This document shows, piece after piece, positions 55,907 through 64,000 of a DNA stretch of 64,000 nucleotides. The stretch's first letter is position 1. Each line of letters starts with the position of its first letter. This stretch comes from an uncultured Eubacteriales bacterium (GTDB taxonomy: Bacteria; Actinomycetota; Coriobacteriia; Anaerosomatales; JAAXUF01). The stretch is taken from positions 39,863 to 103,862 of the forward strand of contig CAZIPN010000001.1 in NCBI GenBank assembly GCA_964541225.1, in the 5' to 3' direction. Made by a program: the position numbers and the translations under genes. The notes beneath the pieces are model-generated. The model was not told the origin of the DNA and did not search any database. It saw nothing but the letters and a program-made list of their open reading frames with translations.

Positions 55907-56812
55907 TCACCGCGCCGAGTTCCGGCTACCGTACTCGGACACATGCTCGACGAACGCGGTTGCGGCACTCGTCGGCGTGCCCTTCGGGAGAACGGCAAAG
56001 AGCGGCCGCTGGACAGGCATCCCTTCCACGCGCATCTCGGCAACCGTTCCCAGCGCCAGTGCTTTCTCGGCGACGAAGCGCGACACCATCGCGACGCCGA
56101 GCCCACCCTCAACCGCGCACACCACGGCCTCGCCGGTGCCGAGCCGAGCGAGCATCCGCAGCTCCTGCGGATCGACGCCGTGGGCAAGCAGCGTATGCTC
56201 GGCAACGCGACCGGTTCCCGACCCAAGTTCCCTTGCGACCCAATCGACGTCGGCCAGCTCGGCAAAGGTGACGTGCTTGGCCGAGGCAAGCGGCCCGTCC
56301 GGAGGACAGATCGCAACGATCTCATCGCGCGCAACTTCCTCAAACAACGCCTTCGCGCTGTTGTCGGCGATTCCGGACAGCCCCACGTCGGCCGTTCCCT
56401 CTTCCACACACCTGATGACTTGCTCGCTGTCGTTGACAGCGAGGGCCACCCGCACCTCAGGATACTTCGTGAGAAAGCCGCCGAGCACCCGGGGCACGAT
56501 GTAGTCCCCGGGAGTCGTGCTGGCGGAAATGGCTAGACGCCCAGTCACCTTGCCTGAGAGCGAGGCGATCTCATGCCGAGCTTCCTCAACGCCGTCGAGC
56601 AGGCTTCTGGCATGTAGAACCAGCGCTGAGCCCGCTTCGGTCAAGTCCACGCCTCGGTATCGACGGTCCAGAAGTGTCACTCCGATGTCGGCTTCAAGGG
56701 CTTGCATCTGCATCGTCACAGCCGGTTGAGAGATGCCAAGCGTGCGCGCTGCCTCGGAGAAGGAGCCCTTGTCGACCACGGTCACAAACGTACGCAGTTG
56801 CGAGAAATTCAT
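55907..56812 (-). CDS. LysR-family transcriptional regulator
   Basis: MNFSQLRTFVTVVDKGSFSEAARTLGISQPAVTMQMQALE plus a substrate-binding domain. Trimmed to ATG 56812. Confidence 0.9.
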   Translation of the reverse strand: MNFSQLRTFVTVVDKGSFSEAARTLGISQPAVTMQMQALEADIGVTLLDRRYRGVDLTEAGSALVLHARSLLDGVEEARHEIASLSGKVTGRLAISASTTPGDYIVPRVLGGFLTKYPEVRVALAVNDSEQVIRCVEEGTADVGLSGIADNSAKALFEEVARDEIVAICPPDGPLASAKHVTFAELADVDWVARELGSGTGRVAEHTLLAHGVDPQELRMLARLGTGEAVVCAVEGGLGVAMVSRFVAEKALALGTVAEMRVEGMPVQRPLFAVLPKGTPTSAATAFVEHVSEYGSRNSAR

Positions 56813-57002
56813 CTTGATCGCGTCCCTTCTTGAGAGCGGCCTCCGGTGTCCATCAATCCGCAAGGCTTCTCTCGCATGACCCTGTCTCCCCAATCACTGC
56901 CCACACGTAGGGCCATGATCGGTCCAATGATAGAGCACCGGGCCACGCCCAGAGCATGGTGTGCCCGTCGCACCGGCGCTCGCTCTCTTGCGACGCAACA
57001 GC

Positions 57003-58211
57003 CTAGCGATTCGGCGGCGCCTTCTCTTTCACGCGCTCGCCGAACCGTGTGCCCCACTCTCTGGCGGCCTGAAGATCCGCCGGCAGCGGGCGATACTTGC
57101 ACGTTAGTTCGTTCTCCGGTAGTTCCATGCCGATCTCCCCGAGCCGAGTTGCCATCTCCTTGGTAGCACCACTCGACCAGCCGTAGCTGCCAAAGACCCC
57201 GGCGATCTTGTCTTTGGGCTTCAATCCATTGATGTACTGCAGGAATCCGGCTACCCGATAGAGCATGCCGCGGTGCAACGCCGGACTGCCGAGAAGTAGC
57301 GCGCGCGAGTCCATGATGTGGCGAGTAACGAGCGCGTAGGACGCTTCGGCAAGATCGAATGTCTTGACATCAACGCCGGTGCTCGAGGCGCCATCGGCAA
57401 TCTCGCGCGCGAGAACATCCGTAGATCCCCACATCGTCGAGTACGCAACGACCAACTTCTCTTCGGTCTCTCCCGCGGTAAGTCGATCGTAGATGTCGAA
57501 CGCAGCCGGAACCGTGTCTCTTCGCCAGATCACTCCGTGGGACGGAGCTATCGTGTCGCACGCCCAACCGAGTTCGACAACCTTCGATGCCGCTTTGGCG
57601 ACTTGCGCAGAGACCGGCATCAGGATGTTGGCGTAGTACGTGACGAGCTCCTCGATGGCGAGGTCAAGCCCAACTTCGTCGGCGAACCGCTCGGAACTCG
57701 CGAGATGCTGCCCCCACGCGTCGTTGGGCATCAGCGTCTGGGACTCGGGGCAGTACGTGAACATCGAGTCCGGCCAGTGAACCATCGGCATGGGCAGGAA
57801 GTGGAGCGTCTTGCCGCCAAGATCGATCACATCGTCGGCGCCGACGGCAGTGACTTCGAGATCGGGACCGTGGTATTCGGCGATTCCGCGAACACCAGCC
57901 GTGGTAGCGACCACTTTCGCCTGCGGGATAGCCTCCATCACGAGGCGTAGCCCACTGTTGTGATCGGGCTCAATGTGGTTCACGACGATGTAGTCGATCG
58001 TATCCAGCGCGGTGACCTGAGCTACGTGTTCGAGCAGTTCAGGAACGAACGGCGTCTTGACGGTGTCGATGAGCGCTGTCTTGTCGGCGCCTTGCACAAG
58101 ATAGGCGTTGTACGTCGTGCCATTCGGAGTCTCGAAGCCGTGGAAGTCGCGCAAGTTCCAGTCGACAGCTCCAACCCAGTTGATGCCGTCGGAAACGGGG
58201 GTAGCAGGCAT
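57003..58211 (-). CDS. Flavodiiron protein (FprA-type O2/NO reductase): metallo-beta-lactamase-like plus flavodoxin domains
   Basis: The diiron motif VNHIEPDHNSG is followed by a flavodoxin-like C-terminal half (VVAYSTMWGSTDVLA...). Confidence 0.85.
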   Translation of the reverse strand: MPATPVSDGINWVGAVDWNLRDFHGFETPNGTTYNAYLVQGADKTALIDTVKTPFVPELLEHVAQVTALDTIDYIVVNHIEPDHNSGLRLVMEAIPQAKVVATTAGVRGIAEYHGPDLEVTAVGADDVIDLGGKTLHFLPMPMVHWPDSMFTYCPESQTLMPNDAWGQHLASSERFADEVGLDLAIEELVTYYANILMPVSAQVAKAASKVVELGWACDTIAPSHGVIWRRDTVPAAFDIYDRLTAGETEEKLVVAYSTMWGSTDVLAREIADGASSTGVDVKTFDLAEASYALVTRHIMDSRALLLGSPALHRGMLYRVAGFLQYINGLKPKDKIAGVFGSYGWSSGATKEMATRLGEIGMELPENELTCKYRPLPADLQAAREWGTRFGERVKEKAPPNR

Positions 58212-58307
58212 GCGCCCTCCTCGGAAGCGTCCCGGTGGTCACAGCATACCCAATTGGTGGCCGAGGAGACCGGCCGGCAAGACGGCTCCGGAAGCGTCGA
58301 TTTGTGG

Positions 58308-59315
58308 CTAGGAATTCCTCTTCACGAAGAAGTCCGCCATGGAGGCAAGAAGATCTCGCGCTTTCGTGGGTGGAAGCTCCAATTCCAGCGCCTCTTTCGC
58401 GTCCATGACGAGCCTCTCCGCGAAGCTGCTGGCAAACTCCAGCGAACCGGCCTCGCGCATGATCTCGACGGCTTCATCAAGCACGGCTCGATCGCGCTCC
58501 GTCGCCGAGAGGATCGCAAGCAACCGCTCGCGTCTCGGCGAATGCGCCAAGGCGTGCACTGCCACCAGCGTCCGCTTGCCTTCCGTGATGTCGCTTCGGA
58601 AGTCCTTCTTCGTTGCCTCGCGAGTGCCGACCAGGTTGAGGACGTCATCTTGTATTTGAAACGCCAACCCACTTGCGAGCCCAAATGCCCGCAACGTCGC
58701 CGTCTGCGTCTCCGATCCATTGCCGATAATGGATCCGATCGCGAGCGGCACAGCGCCCGAGTAGTAGGCAGTCTTGTGGTTGGCCATGGCCAGGTAGTCC
58801 TCGACCGTGAGATCAAAACGATCGTCACGCGCCCATCCAATGTCGAGCGCCTGCCCTTCGATCGTGCGCGTCGTCATGTCCACCAGCTCCTTGAGGACAC
58901 GCAACTTCATCGCATCTTCGAGACCTGGGTCCTCAACCACCGTGCCGGTGACGAGCGACAATGCCAGGTCACCGGCGTTGATCGCCAATCCCAGGCCCTC
59001 GCGCACATGGAGGCAGGCCTTTCCTCGGCGAGTCTGCGACGCATCTTCGATGTCGTCATGGATGAGGGCCGCCGTATGGAAGTGCTCGATGGCGGCGGCC
59101 GCAGCGCGTGCCTTCTCCGGCGAACCGCCCACGGCCTCGCACGCGAGCATACATATGAGGGGGCGATGGCGCTTGCCAGCGTTGGACGTGTATTCCGAGA
59201 GAGGCCCGTACAAGTACCGGTTCATGTCACTGTGAGTTCCATCAGTGAAGAACGTTGCAAGGTAGTCGTCGAACTTCTTGGAGTTGCGCTTGAGATAGAG
59301 CTCGAAGCCGATCAT
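58308..59315 (-). CDS. Polyprenyl (geranylgeranyl) diphosphate synthase
   Basis: The first Asp-rich motif is LIHDDIEDAS and the second FQIQDDVLNL. The tracked 453-aa ORF was trimmed to ATG 59315. Confidence 0.85.
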   Translation of the reverse strand: MIGFELYLKRNSKKFDDYLATFFTDGTHSDMNRYLYGPLSEYTSNAGKRHRPLICMLACEAVGGSPEKARAAAAAIEHFHTAALIHDDIEDASQTRRGKACLHVREGLGLAINAGDLALSLVTGTVVEDPGLEDAMKLRVLKELVDMTTRTIEGQALDIGWARDDRFDLTVEDYLAMANHKTAYYSGAVPLAIGSIIGNGSETQTATLRAFGLASGLAFQIQDDVLNLVGTREATKKDFRSDITEGKRTLVAVHALAHSPRRERLLAILSATERDRAVLDEAVEIMREAGSLEFASSFAERLVMDAKEALELELPPTKARDLLASMADFFVKRNS

Positions 59316-59516
59316 GACCCTCCAGACAGGCGCGTATGAACGCTTCCCTGAGCGGTGCGACGAACGCATCCCGCTGAAAGCCGAGCATTCGCACGTAATC
59401 GTAACAAAGGGGTGTCCAAAGGGAACCAATAAAGCGGTACACTTTGCAACTGGAAAGGCGTACCAACAAGGGAAGTGTGTGCCGCTGAGCGCGGCCGTTA
59501 CGAAGGGGTGGGTCAG

Positions 59517-60188
59517 ATGTATTCCTATGGCAACGTGCCAAGCGATGCAGCGAGTGGAGGTGCGATGGCCGCCCTCTTTGCGTTTATGGGGGTTGTCTGG
59601 CTGGTCGCTCTCGTGCTCGCGGTTCTGGCAATCGCCGGAATGTGGAAGGTCTTCGTCAAGGCTGGTCAACCCGGCTGGGCCGCGATCATCCCGATCTACA
59701 ACCTGTACGTGCTGCTGCAGGTCGTCGGTAGGCCGACCTGGTGGCTCGCGTTCCTCTTGCTCCCGATCATCCCGTTCGTCGGCGGACTCGCGGCGCTGGT
59801 GGTCGAGATTATCATCTTGAACGACCTGTCCAAGTCCTTCGGGCAGTCAACTGGATTCACCGTGGGGCTCGTCTTGCTCGGCTTCATCTTCCTGCCGATT
59901 CTCGGATTCGGCCAAGCAAGGTACCTCGGCCCGATGGCGACTGGGTTTGGCAACCCAGCCACTCCCGGTGCGGGTGCCGCCGGCGGCTATGGCGGCGGCT
60001 ACCAGCCACCTGCTCAGCCGTACGCACCTCCAACATCGCCCACGCCTCCTCCCACGTACGCGCCACCCGCGCCGCCCGCACCTCCGGCACCGCCAGCGCC
60101 ACCAGCACCGTCGGGTCAGCCTCCAGCGAGCCCGCCAGCGCCACCCGCGCCACCCGCACCTCCGGCACCGCCTGCGCCACCCGCGTAG
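59517..60188 (+). CDS. DUF5684-family membrane protein with a Pro/Ala-rich C-terminal tail
   Basis: MWKVFVKAGQPGWAAIIPIYNLYVLLQVVGRP.WW signature, three TM helices and a PAPPAPP tail. Confidence 0.7.
   Translation: MYSYGNVPSDAASGGAMAALFAFMGVVWLVALVLAVLAIAGMWKVFVKAGQPGWAAIIPIYNLYVLLQVVGRPTWWLAFLLLPIIPFVGGLAALVVEIIILNDLSKSFGQSTGFTVGLVLLGFIFLPILGFGQARYLGPMATGFGNPATPGAGAAGGYGGGYQPPAQPYAPPTSPTPPPTYAPPAPPAPPAPPAPPAPSGQPPASPPAPPAPPAPPAPPAPPA
60001..60185 (+). repeat. Low-complexity coding repeat encoding (P-A-P)n
   Basis: Reiterated gcgccacc(c/a)gc(g/a)cc units encode PPAPPAPPAPPAPPAP...PPAPPAPPAPPAPPAPPA. Confidence 0.7.
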
Positions 60189-60267
60189 TAGCTCAACCTA
60201 TCGGCCTCCGAGAAATGCCGTCGCGCACGTGCGACGGCATTTCTTCGTCCGATGTGTCACCCAAGCA

Positions 60268-61086
60268 TCAGTGAGCCTGCCGACGAAACCCCTTCTCGAG
60301 AAAGACTCCGTCGGCGGTGAAACGTCGGCGATAGGTGAGCAGCAGCGCGACGAGACTGCCCAGCGCCGTGGCGGCAGCCACCATCAGCATGACCACGATC
60401 TGATAGCCAGTGGCAGTCACGGGGTCAGCTCCCGCGAGGATCTGCCCCGACATCATGCCAGGGATGAACACGATCCCGGCTGCAGCCATCGAATTGATTG
60501 TTGGAATCAGGCCGGCTCGCAGTGCATCCCGCATACTGCCGTGCGCGGCCTCTGGCGGTGTTGCGCCAAGAGCAGTCAGCGCCAGCAACTCATCGGCCCG
60601 GGCATCGAAGTCCGAGTACACGCGCTCGATTGCCAGCGCGATGCCCGTCATGGAGTTCCCGATCACCATTCCCGCAAGCGGAATCACGTACTGCGGGAGG
60701 TACCACGGCTTGACTTGAACGATCACACCAGTCACTGCAAACGTGACGATGAAGCCTGTCAGCGCCATTGCCACAAATGCACCGCCGAAGATGCCTCGCG
60801 GCGCGTCGGGACTTCGTTTCACGATGATCTGTGCCGCGAAGAGCACCATCAGGACGATGATCGCCACGACGAGCCACGCCTGATTGATGCCGAACACCCA
60901 GCGCAGCACGAACCCCAATGCGATGAGCTGCGCGTAGGTTCGGACAGTCGCGATCGCCAGGTCCTTCGTGATCCCGAGCGCCATGCGAATCGACACCACT
61001 CCGACGAACACTACGAACATCGTCGCAAGCGCGAGGCCCTGCCAACCAATCTGGACCACACCGCCCGCGCTCTGAGGAACCATCAC
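60268..61086 (-). CDS. fetB: ABC-type permease, FetB/YbbM (UPF0014) family
   Basis: YVIPLAGMVIGNSMTG...IPGMMSGQILAGADP..A..YQIVVM. Its start overlaps the stop of the upstream ATPase gene. Confidence 0.7.
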   Translation of the reverse strand: MMVPQSAGGVVQIGWQGLALATMFVVFVGVVSIRMALGITKDLAIATVRTYAQLIALGFVLRWVFGINQAWLVVAIIVLMVLFAAQIIVKRSPDAPRGIFGGAFVAMALTGFIVTFAVTGVIVQVKPWYLPQYVIPLAGMVIGNSMTGIALAIERVYSDFDARADELLALTALGATPPEAAHGSMRDALRAGLIPTINSMAAAGIVFIPGMMSGQILAGADPVTATGYQIVVMLMVAAATALGSLVALLLTYRRRFTADGVFLEKGFRRQAH

Positions 61087-61763
61087 GCCACCTCCTCGGC
61101 GACAAGCGAACCGTTCGCAAGACGCAGACGTCGACTCGCGATCCCGTCCGGGCGGTGGTGCCGAACGCGCACAACGGCGCCTGCTGCGTTCGCGAACTGT
61201 GCGGTCATGGCCGCCACGGCATCAGCCGACGCATCATCGAGCGCGGCATCGGGCTCGTCGAGCAACAGCACTCGAGGCTTGCCGAGAAGCGTGCGCAGGA
61301 ACGCGATCCTCGCAACTTGCCCGACCGACAGGCGCGAGCCATCTCGATCGAGCGCCGCGTCGACGCCGAGCCGCGCAAGTCCCTCGGCAAGCGACGCGTC
61401 ATCTGGCATCGGTTGCTGTCGCCGCACGCCGAAGCGCCACGACAGCACGAGATTGTCGCGCACGGTTCCATCGACGACCACCGGTTTCTGCGGGAGTAGT
61501 GCGACGGCACGACGCCACGCGGGCGGCGTGAAGTGCTCGGCGGGTGAGCCATCGAGCAGGAGCGTCCCAGTGGCGCCGGGGAGGAGCCGCGCGATGGCAC
61601 GCAGAAGCGTCGACTTCCCCGACCCAGAAGGGCCGACTACGTCAACGATCTCCCCTGCGAAGACACCCAACTCAATCCCGTCAAGCACACGAACATCGCC
61701 AGCGTCGCCGGGGAGTATGGCCGTCAGATCGCGCGCCTCAAGAAGAGCCGTCACGTCCCCCAT
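61083..61763 (-). CDS. fetA: ABC transporter ATP-binding protein, FetA/YbbL-like
   Basis: Walker A GPSGSGKSTLL, an LSVGQ signature and Walker B LLLDEPDAALD. Confidence 0.8.
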   Translation of the reverse strand: MGDVTALLEARDLTAILPGDAGDVRVLDGIELGVFAGEIVDVVGPSGSGKSTLLRAIARLLPGATGTLLLDGSPAEHFTPPAWRRAVALLPQKPVVVDGTVRDNLVLSWRFGVRRQQPMPDDASLAEGLARLGVDAALDRDGSRLSVGQVARIAFLRTLLGKPRVLLLDEPDAALDDASADAVAAMTAQFANAAGAVVRVRHHRPDGIASRRLRLANGSLVAEEVA

Positions 61764-61769
61764 CAGTCA

Positions 61770-62246
61770 TCACGACGGGCTGATCACGTAGCTGATCTGC
61801 GTCGTCTTGTCCTTCTCGGCGGCAATCGTGACCATTCCGGCGGCAGATGGCCCGGTCACTGCAAGGACGGTGGTCGAACCCTCTGTCGACGAGACATCCT
61901 GAGACTGAACTTGCCATCCCGTTCGCTGGAAGCCAACGGCCATGCCCTTCACGACATCGTCGTAGGCATCAGGCGTGGCCAGGATCGCCGACCACGACTT
62001 TCCGAGTTTCGACTTCACGACGCTGCTCTTGAGCACGCTGGCCCCCTCCCAAAGCGGCAAGTCGGAGGGCGCTCCCGACTTCAGCGTACCTTCAACCTTC
62101 GCTCCGGGTTGACCGACTTTGGCCTGCACCGTCACGTGTTTGATGATCGCCGGGGGCGTGATCGCTTTGGTGATCGCCTCGCAGCCGCTCAATGGCACAG
62201 CGGCCACTGTCACGAGAACGCACCACAGTATCCATCGAGAACGCAT
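61770..62246 (-). CDS. Putative lipoprotein
   Basis: MRSRWILWCVLVTVAAVPLSGC lipobox. The tracked ORF extension to 62414 runs into the tRNA-Sec gene and was trimmed. Confidence 0.6.
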   Translation of the reverse strand: MRSRWILWCVLVTVAAVPLSGCEAITKAITPPAIIKHVTVQAKVGQPGAKVEGTLKSGAPSDLPLWEGASVLKSSVVKSKLGKSWSAILATPDAYDDVVKGMAVGFQRTGWQVQSQDVSSTEGSTTVLAVTGPSAAGMVTIAAEKDKTTQISYVISPS

Positions 62247-62335
62247 GACGGGCCTTTCCTCCTTGCGCAGTCTATCTGACTCGCGGCAGTGCCACGCAAC
62301 ACATGATCTCACCTGCCGAGAAACCTGGACAGTGC

Positions 62336-62432
62336 TGGCGGAGGCGTGTGCGAATCGAACACACCCGGGACGCTCTTCACGCCCCACGCTGGTTTTGAAG
62401 ACCAGGGGCACCACCAGGAACCGTCCGCCTCC
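62336..62432 (-). tRNA. selC: tRNA-Sec (selC), anticodon UCA
   Basis: The reverse complement is GGAGGCGGACGGTTCCTGGTGGTGCCCCTGGTCTTCAAAACCAGCGTGGGGCGTGAAGAGCGTCCCGGGTGTGTTCGATTCGCACACGCCTCCGCCA (97 nt). It has anticodon loop CTTCAAA, a 6-bp D-stem with a 4-nt loop, a long variable arm (6-bp stem), a 5-bp T-stem and a 7-8-bp acceptor stem. It closely parallels my recollection of E. coli selC. Confidence 0.9.
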
Positions 62433-62849
62433 ATCGGCGAATTGTGGCCACCGAGAAGCGGGGTGTCAAACTCCGTCACGTAGAAGGAGCCGACACGACG
62501 CCAGCACCCGGACTGGAGCGGTCTTCCAGTATGCCGCAACTGTCGAGCCAACTCATCGCACACCACATGCGACACGTGAGAACCACACGCCAGCGCGCGG
62601 ACCGCGCGTCTGACCTTGGGAATTGGCCGTCGGCCACCATGGCACAGCCGCTCGTCAGCGAAATACGACCAAGCTCTCACCGTTTATTGCGGGTTTGGGG
62701 AGTACACTCACTGTGAGGCGGCAATTCGGCCGTTCAAAGAAGTTCTTGCGGTGGGGGCTCACAACGCGGTTCTCCGCGGTTGTGGGGGGACTATCGGAGT
62801 TCTCATCCGTGCCTCGTATCATGCGGCGGCGACTTCCCAAGGAGCGCGC

Positions 62850-63764
62850 ATGAGCAGGAAGCGGATCGCGACAAGCACGCTGCTCATTGTCCTGATCGGT
62901 TGGGTAACGATCGTGGTCATCGCCTACGGCGGCATGGTGGCGGTAACCGACCGACCACAGTTCTGCCTCTCCTGCCACGAAATGCACCCGTTCTACCAGG
63001 CGTGGGAACACGGTCCGCACAAGGACATCTGGTGTATCGACTGCCACACCGACACCGACGTCGCCAGCCGGGTCTTTCACAAAGTGCCCGTCATGAAGCA
63101 GGTTCTCTACCACGTCCTCAACAAGGGGCAGTACCCGCTGGCAGAAGAACCGGACCTGCCCAACGAGCGCTGCCTGCGATGCCACACCAACCTGGCGAAG
63201 CCCACTGCCAACGGATTTCAGCACGCTCTACACTCTGGACATCGGTGCATGGAGTGTCATGCATTCGCGGGCCACGAGATCACCGTGGCTGCTCTAGAAC
63301 AGGCCGGGGTGTATTCCGGGAACCCACTGCCAGCCAAACCCGCGGCGCACGTCGGCAACGGCGCGGCGAACGTCGTCAATCACAAACAGGTTGTCTGCAG
63401 CACCTGCCACGACATGGGATCGATGGGTTGCTCGGCGTGCCACACTCCGCGCCACAAGGTCGACGCACACTATGGCACCGATTGCACTCGATGCCATCAA
63501 GCTGGAGCGCACTTCGTGTTTGACCACCCAAAGGCAGTGCCGTGCGGCGAGTGCCACAACCCTCCGAAAGACCATGGGGCTGGCCGCGACTGTACGTCGT
63601 GCCACTATCGGCCTGGAGTCACATGGGCAGCATCCCACCCAGGAACACCCATCAAGTCCTGCGACGCGTGCCACGTTATCCCTCCCGATCATGATGAGGC
63701 GACGATGCAAGTCTGCGCCTCCTGCCACAAGCGGCCGGGAATAACCTGGGCTGTCGCGAACTGA
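62850..63764 (+). CDS. Membrane-anchored NapC/NirT/NrfH-like multiheme cytochrome with 11 CxxCH
   Basis: An N-terminal TM (LLIVLIGWVTIVVIAYGGMV) is followed directly by CLSCHEMHPFYQAWEHGPHKDIWCIDCH, the NapC/NrfH signature, then 9 further CxxCH. AAGGAG lies 5 nt upstream of ATG 62850. Confidence 0.85.
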   Translation: MSRKRIATSTLLIVLIGWVTIVVIAYGGMVAVTDRPQFCLSCHEMHPFYQAWEHGPHKDIWCIDCHTDTDVASRVFHKVPVMKQVLYHVLNKGQYPLAEEPDLPNERCLRCHTNLAKPTANGFQHALHSGHRCMECHAFAGHEITVAALEQAGVYSGNPLPAKPAAHVGNGAANVVNHKQVVCSTCHDMGSMGCSACHTPRHKVDAHYGTDCTRCHQAGAHFVFDHPKAVPCGECHNPPKDHGAGRDCTSCHYRPGVTWAASHPGTPIKSCDACHVIPPDHDEATMQVCASCHKRPGITWAVAN

Positions 63765-63868
63765 GAACCGCCGAACGGCCGTCAGTTAAGGGGCTTCTCC
63801 GAGACTGGATAAGGACTTTCTCAGCTGGTACTCATCCTGGCTTGATGTGCCGAGCTCACAATCACGGC

Positions 63869-64000
63869 ATGAGCACTCAGGCAGATCTCCCCGTCATTCC
63901 GCCCAGACGCATGCCCCGCACGACCTCCCGACGCGCCTCGGCAACACGTCGAACTCGGATGAGGGCGCTCATCGTTGCCCTTGCAATCGTTGTCGGGACT
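63869..64000 (+). CDS. 5' part of an unknown gene running off the right edge (Arg-rich N-terminus, then a TM helix)
   Basis: MSTQADLPVIPPRRMPRTTSRRASATRRTRMRALIVALAIVVGT. Only 44 codons are visible. Confidence 0.3.
   Translation, partial: MSTQADLPVIPPRRMPRTTSRRASATRRTRMRALIVALAIVVGT

Noticed and set aside
61770-62414. Tracked 214-aa ORF and ORF 62309-62680 overlapping 62336-62432. Likewise ORF 22031-22642 lies over 22452-22528.
   Set aside because: The overlapped segments fold as tRNA-Sec and tRNA-Pro, so the ORFs are artefacts. The lipoprotein gene was trimmed to ATG 62246.

Overview
Visibly GC-rich bacterial chromosomal window, densely coded mostly on the minus strand: about 60 protein genes, 2 tRNAs, and no CRISPR array, transposase or integrase that I could see. 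(1) About 0.8-15 kb is a housekeeping block whose gene order matches the Bacillus subtilis lysS...sigH region: sigH-like sigma factor, yacP, rlmB, cysS, cysE, ispF, ispD, PIN/TRAM yacL, disA, radA, clpC, lysS. It is followed to about 23 kb by greA, two tatA paralogs, rex, an M50/CBS protease, MTA phosphorylase, a YhaM-like nuclease, a DUF62 SAM hydrolase and tRNA-Pro. (2) About 22.7-35.3 kb carries signalling and cell-wall genes: MCP, orphan pilT, GAF-GGDEF, CheY, NlpC/P60, a PG-binding protein and two tandem L,D-transpeptidases. It also holds a small redox cluster (ferredoxin, ArsD-like protein, DUF362). The ArsD-like ORF contains an in-frame TGA followed by a SECIS-like hairpin, and a tRNA-Sec (selC, anticodon UCA) lies at 62.3 kb, so this is a candidate new selenoprotein. 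(3) About 35-56 kb and 62.8-63.8 kb form an exceptional multiheme-cytochrome and hydrogenase island. Six c-type cytochromes carry 69 canonical CxxCH motifs (13+6+20+12+7+11) plus two variant sites. One is a 999-aa cytochrome interrupted by an FG-GAP beta-propeller. The island also has a Tat-exported [NiFe] hydrogenase whose large subunit ends exactly at the DPCxxCxxH histidine, co-transcribed with a hexaheme cytochrome whose layout resembles the OmcS nanowire subunit. An operon of cyt b, 7-heme, 12-heme, 20-heme, TPR and NHL-propeller genes looks like a Gram-positive-type extracellular electron-transfer conduit. A conserved palindrome, TTGTAAC-N4-GTTACAA, is a variant of the Rex operator architecture. 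It occurs upstream of rex, of the hydrogenase operon and of the cyt b/multiheme operon. In the latter two it sits 5 nt downstream of a predicted -10 box. All calls come from reading the ORF translations and sequence by eye; no database search was run.
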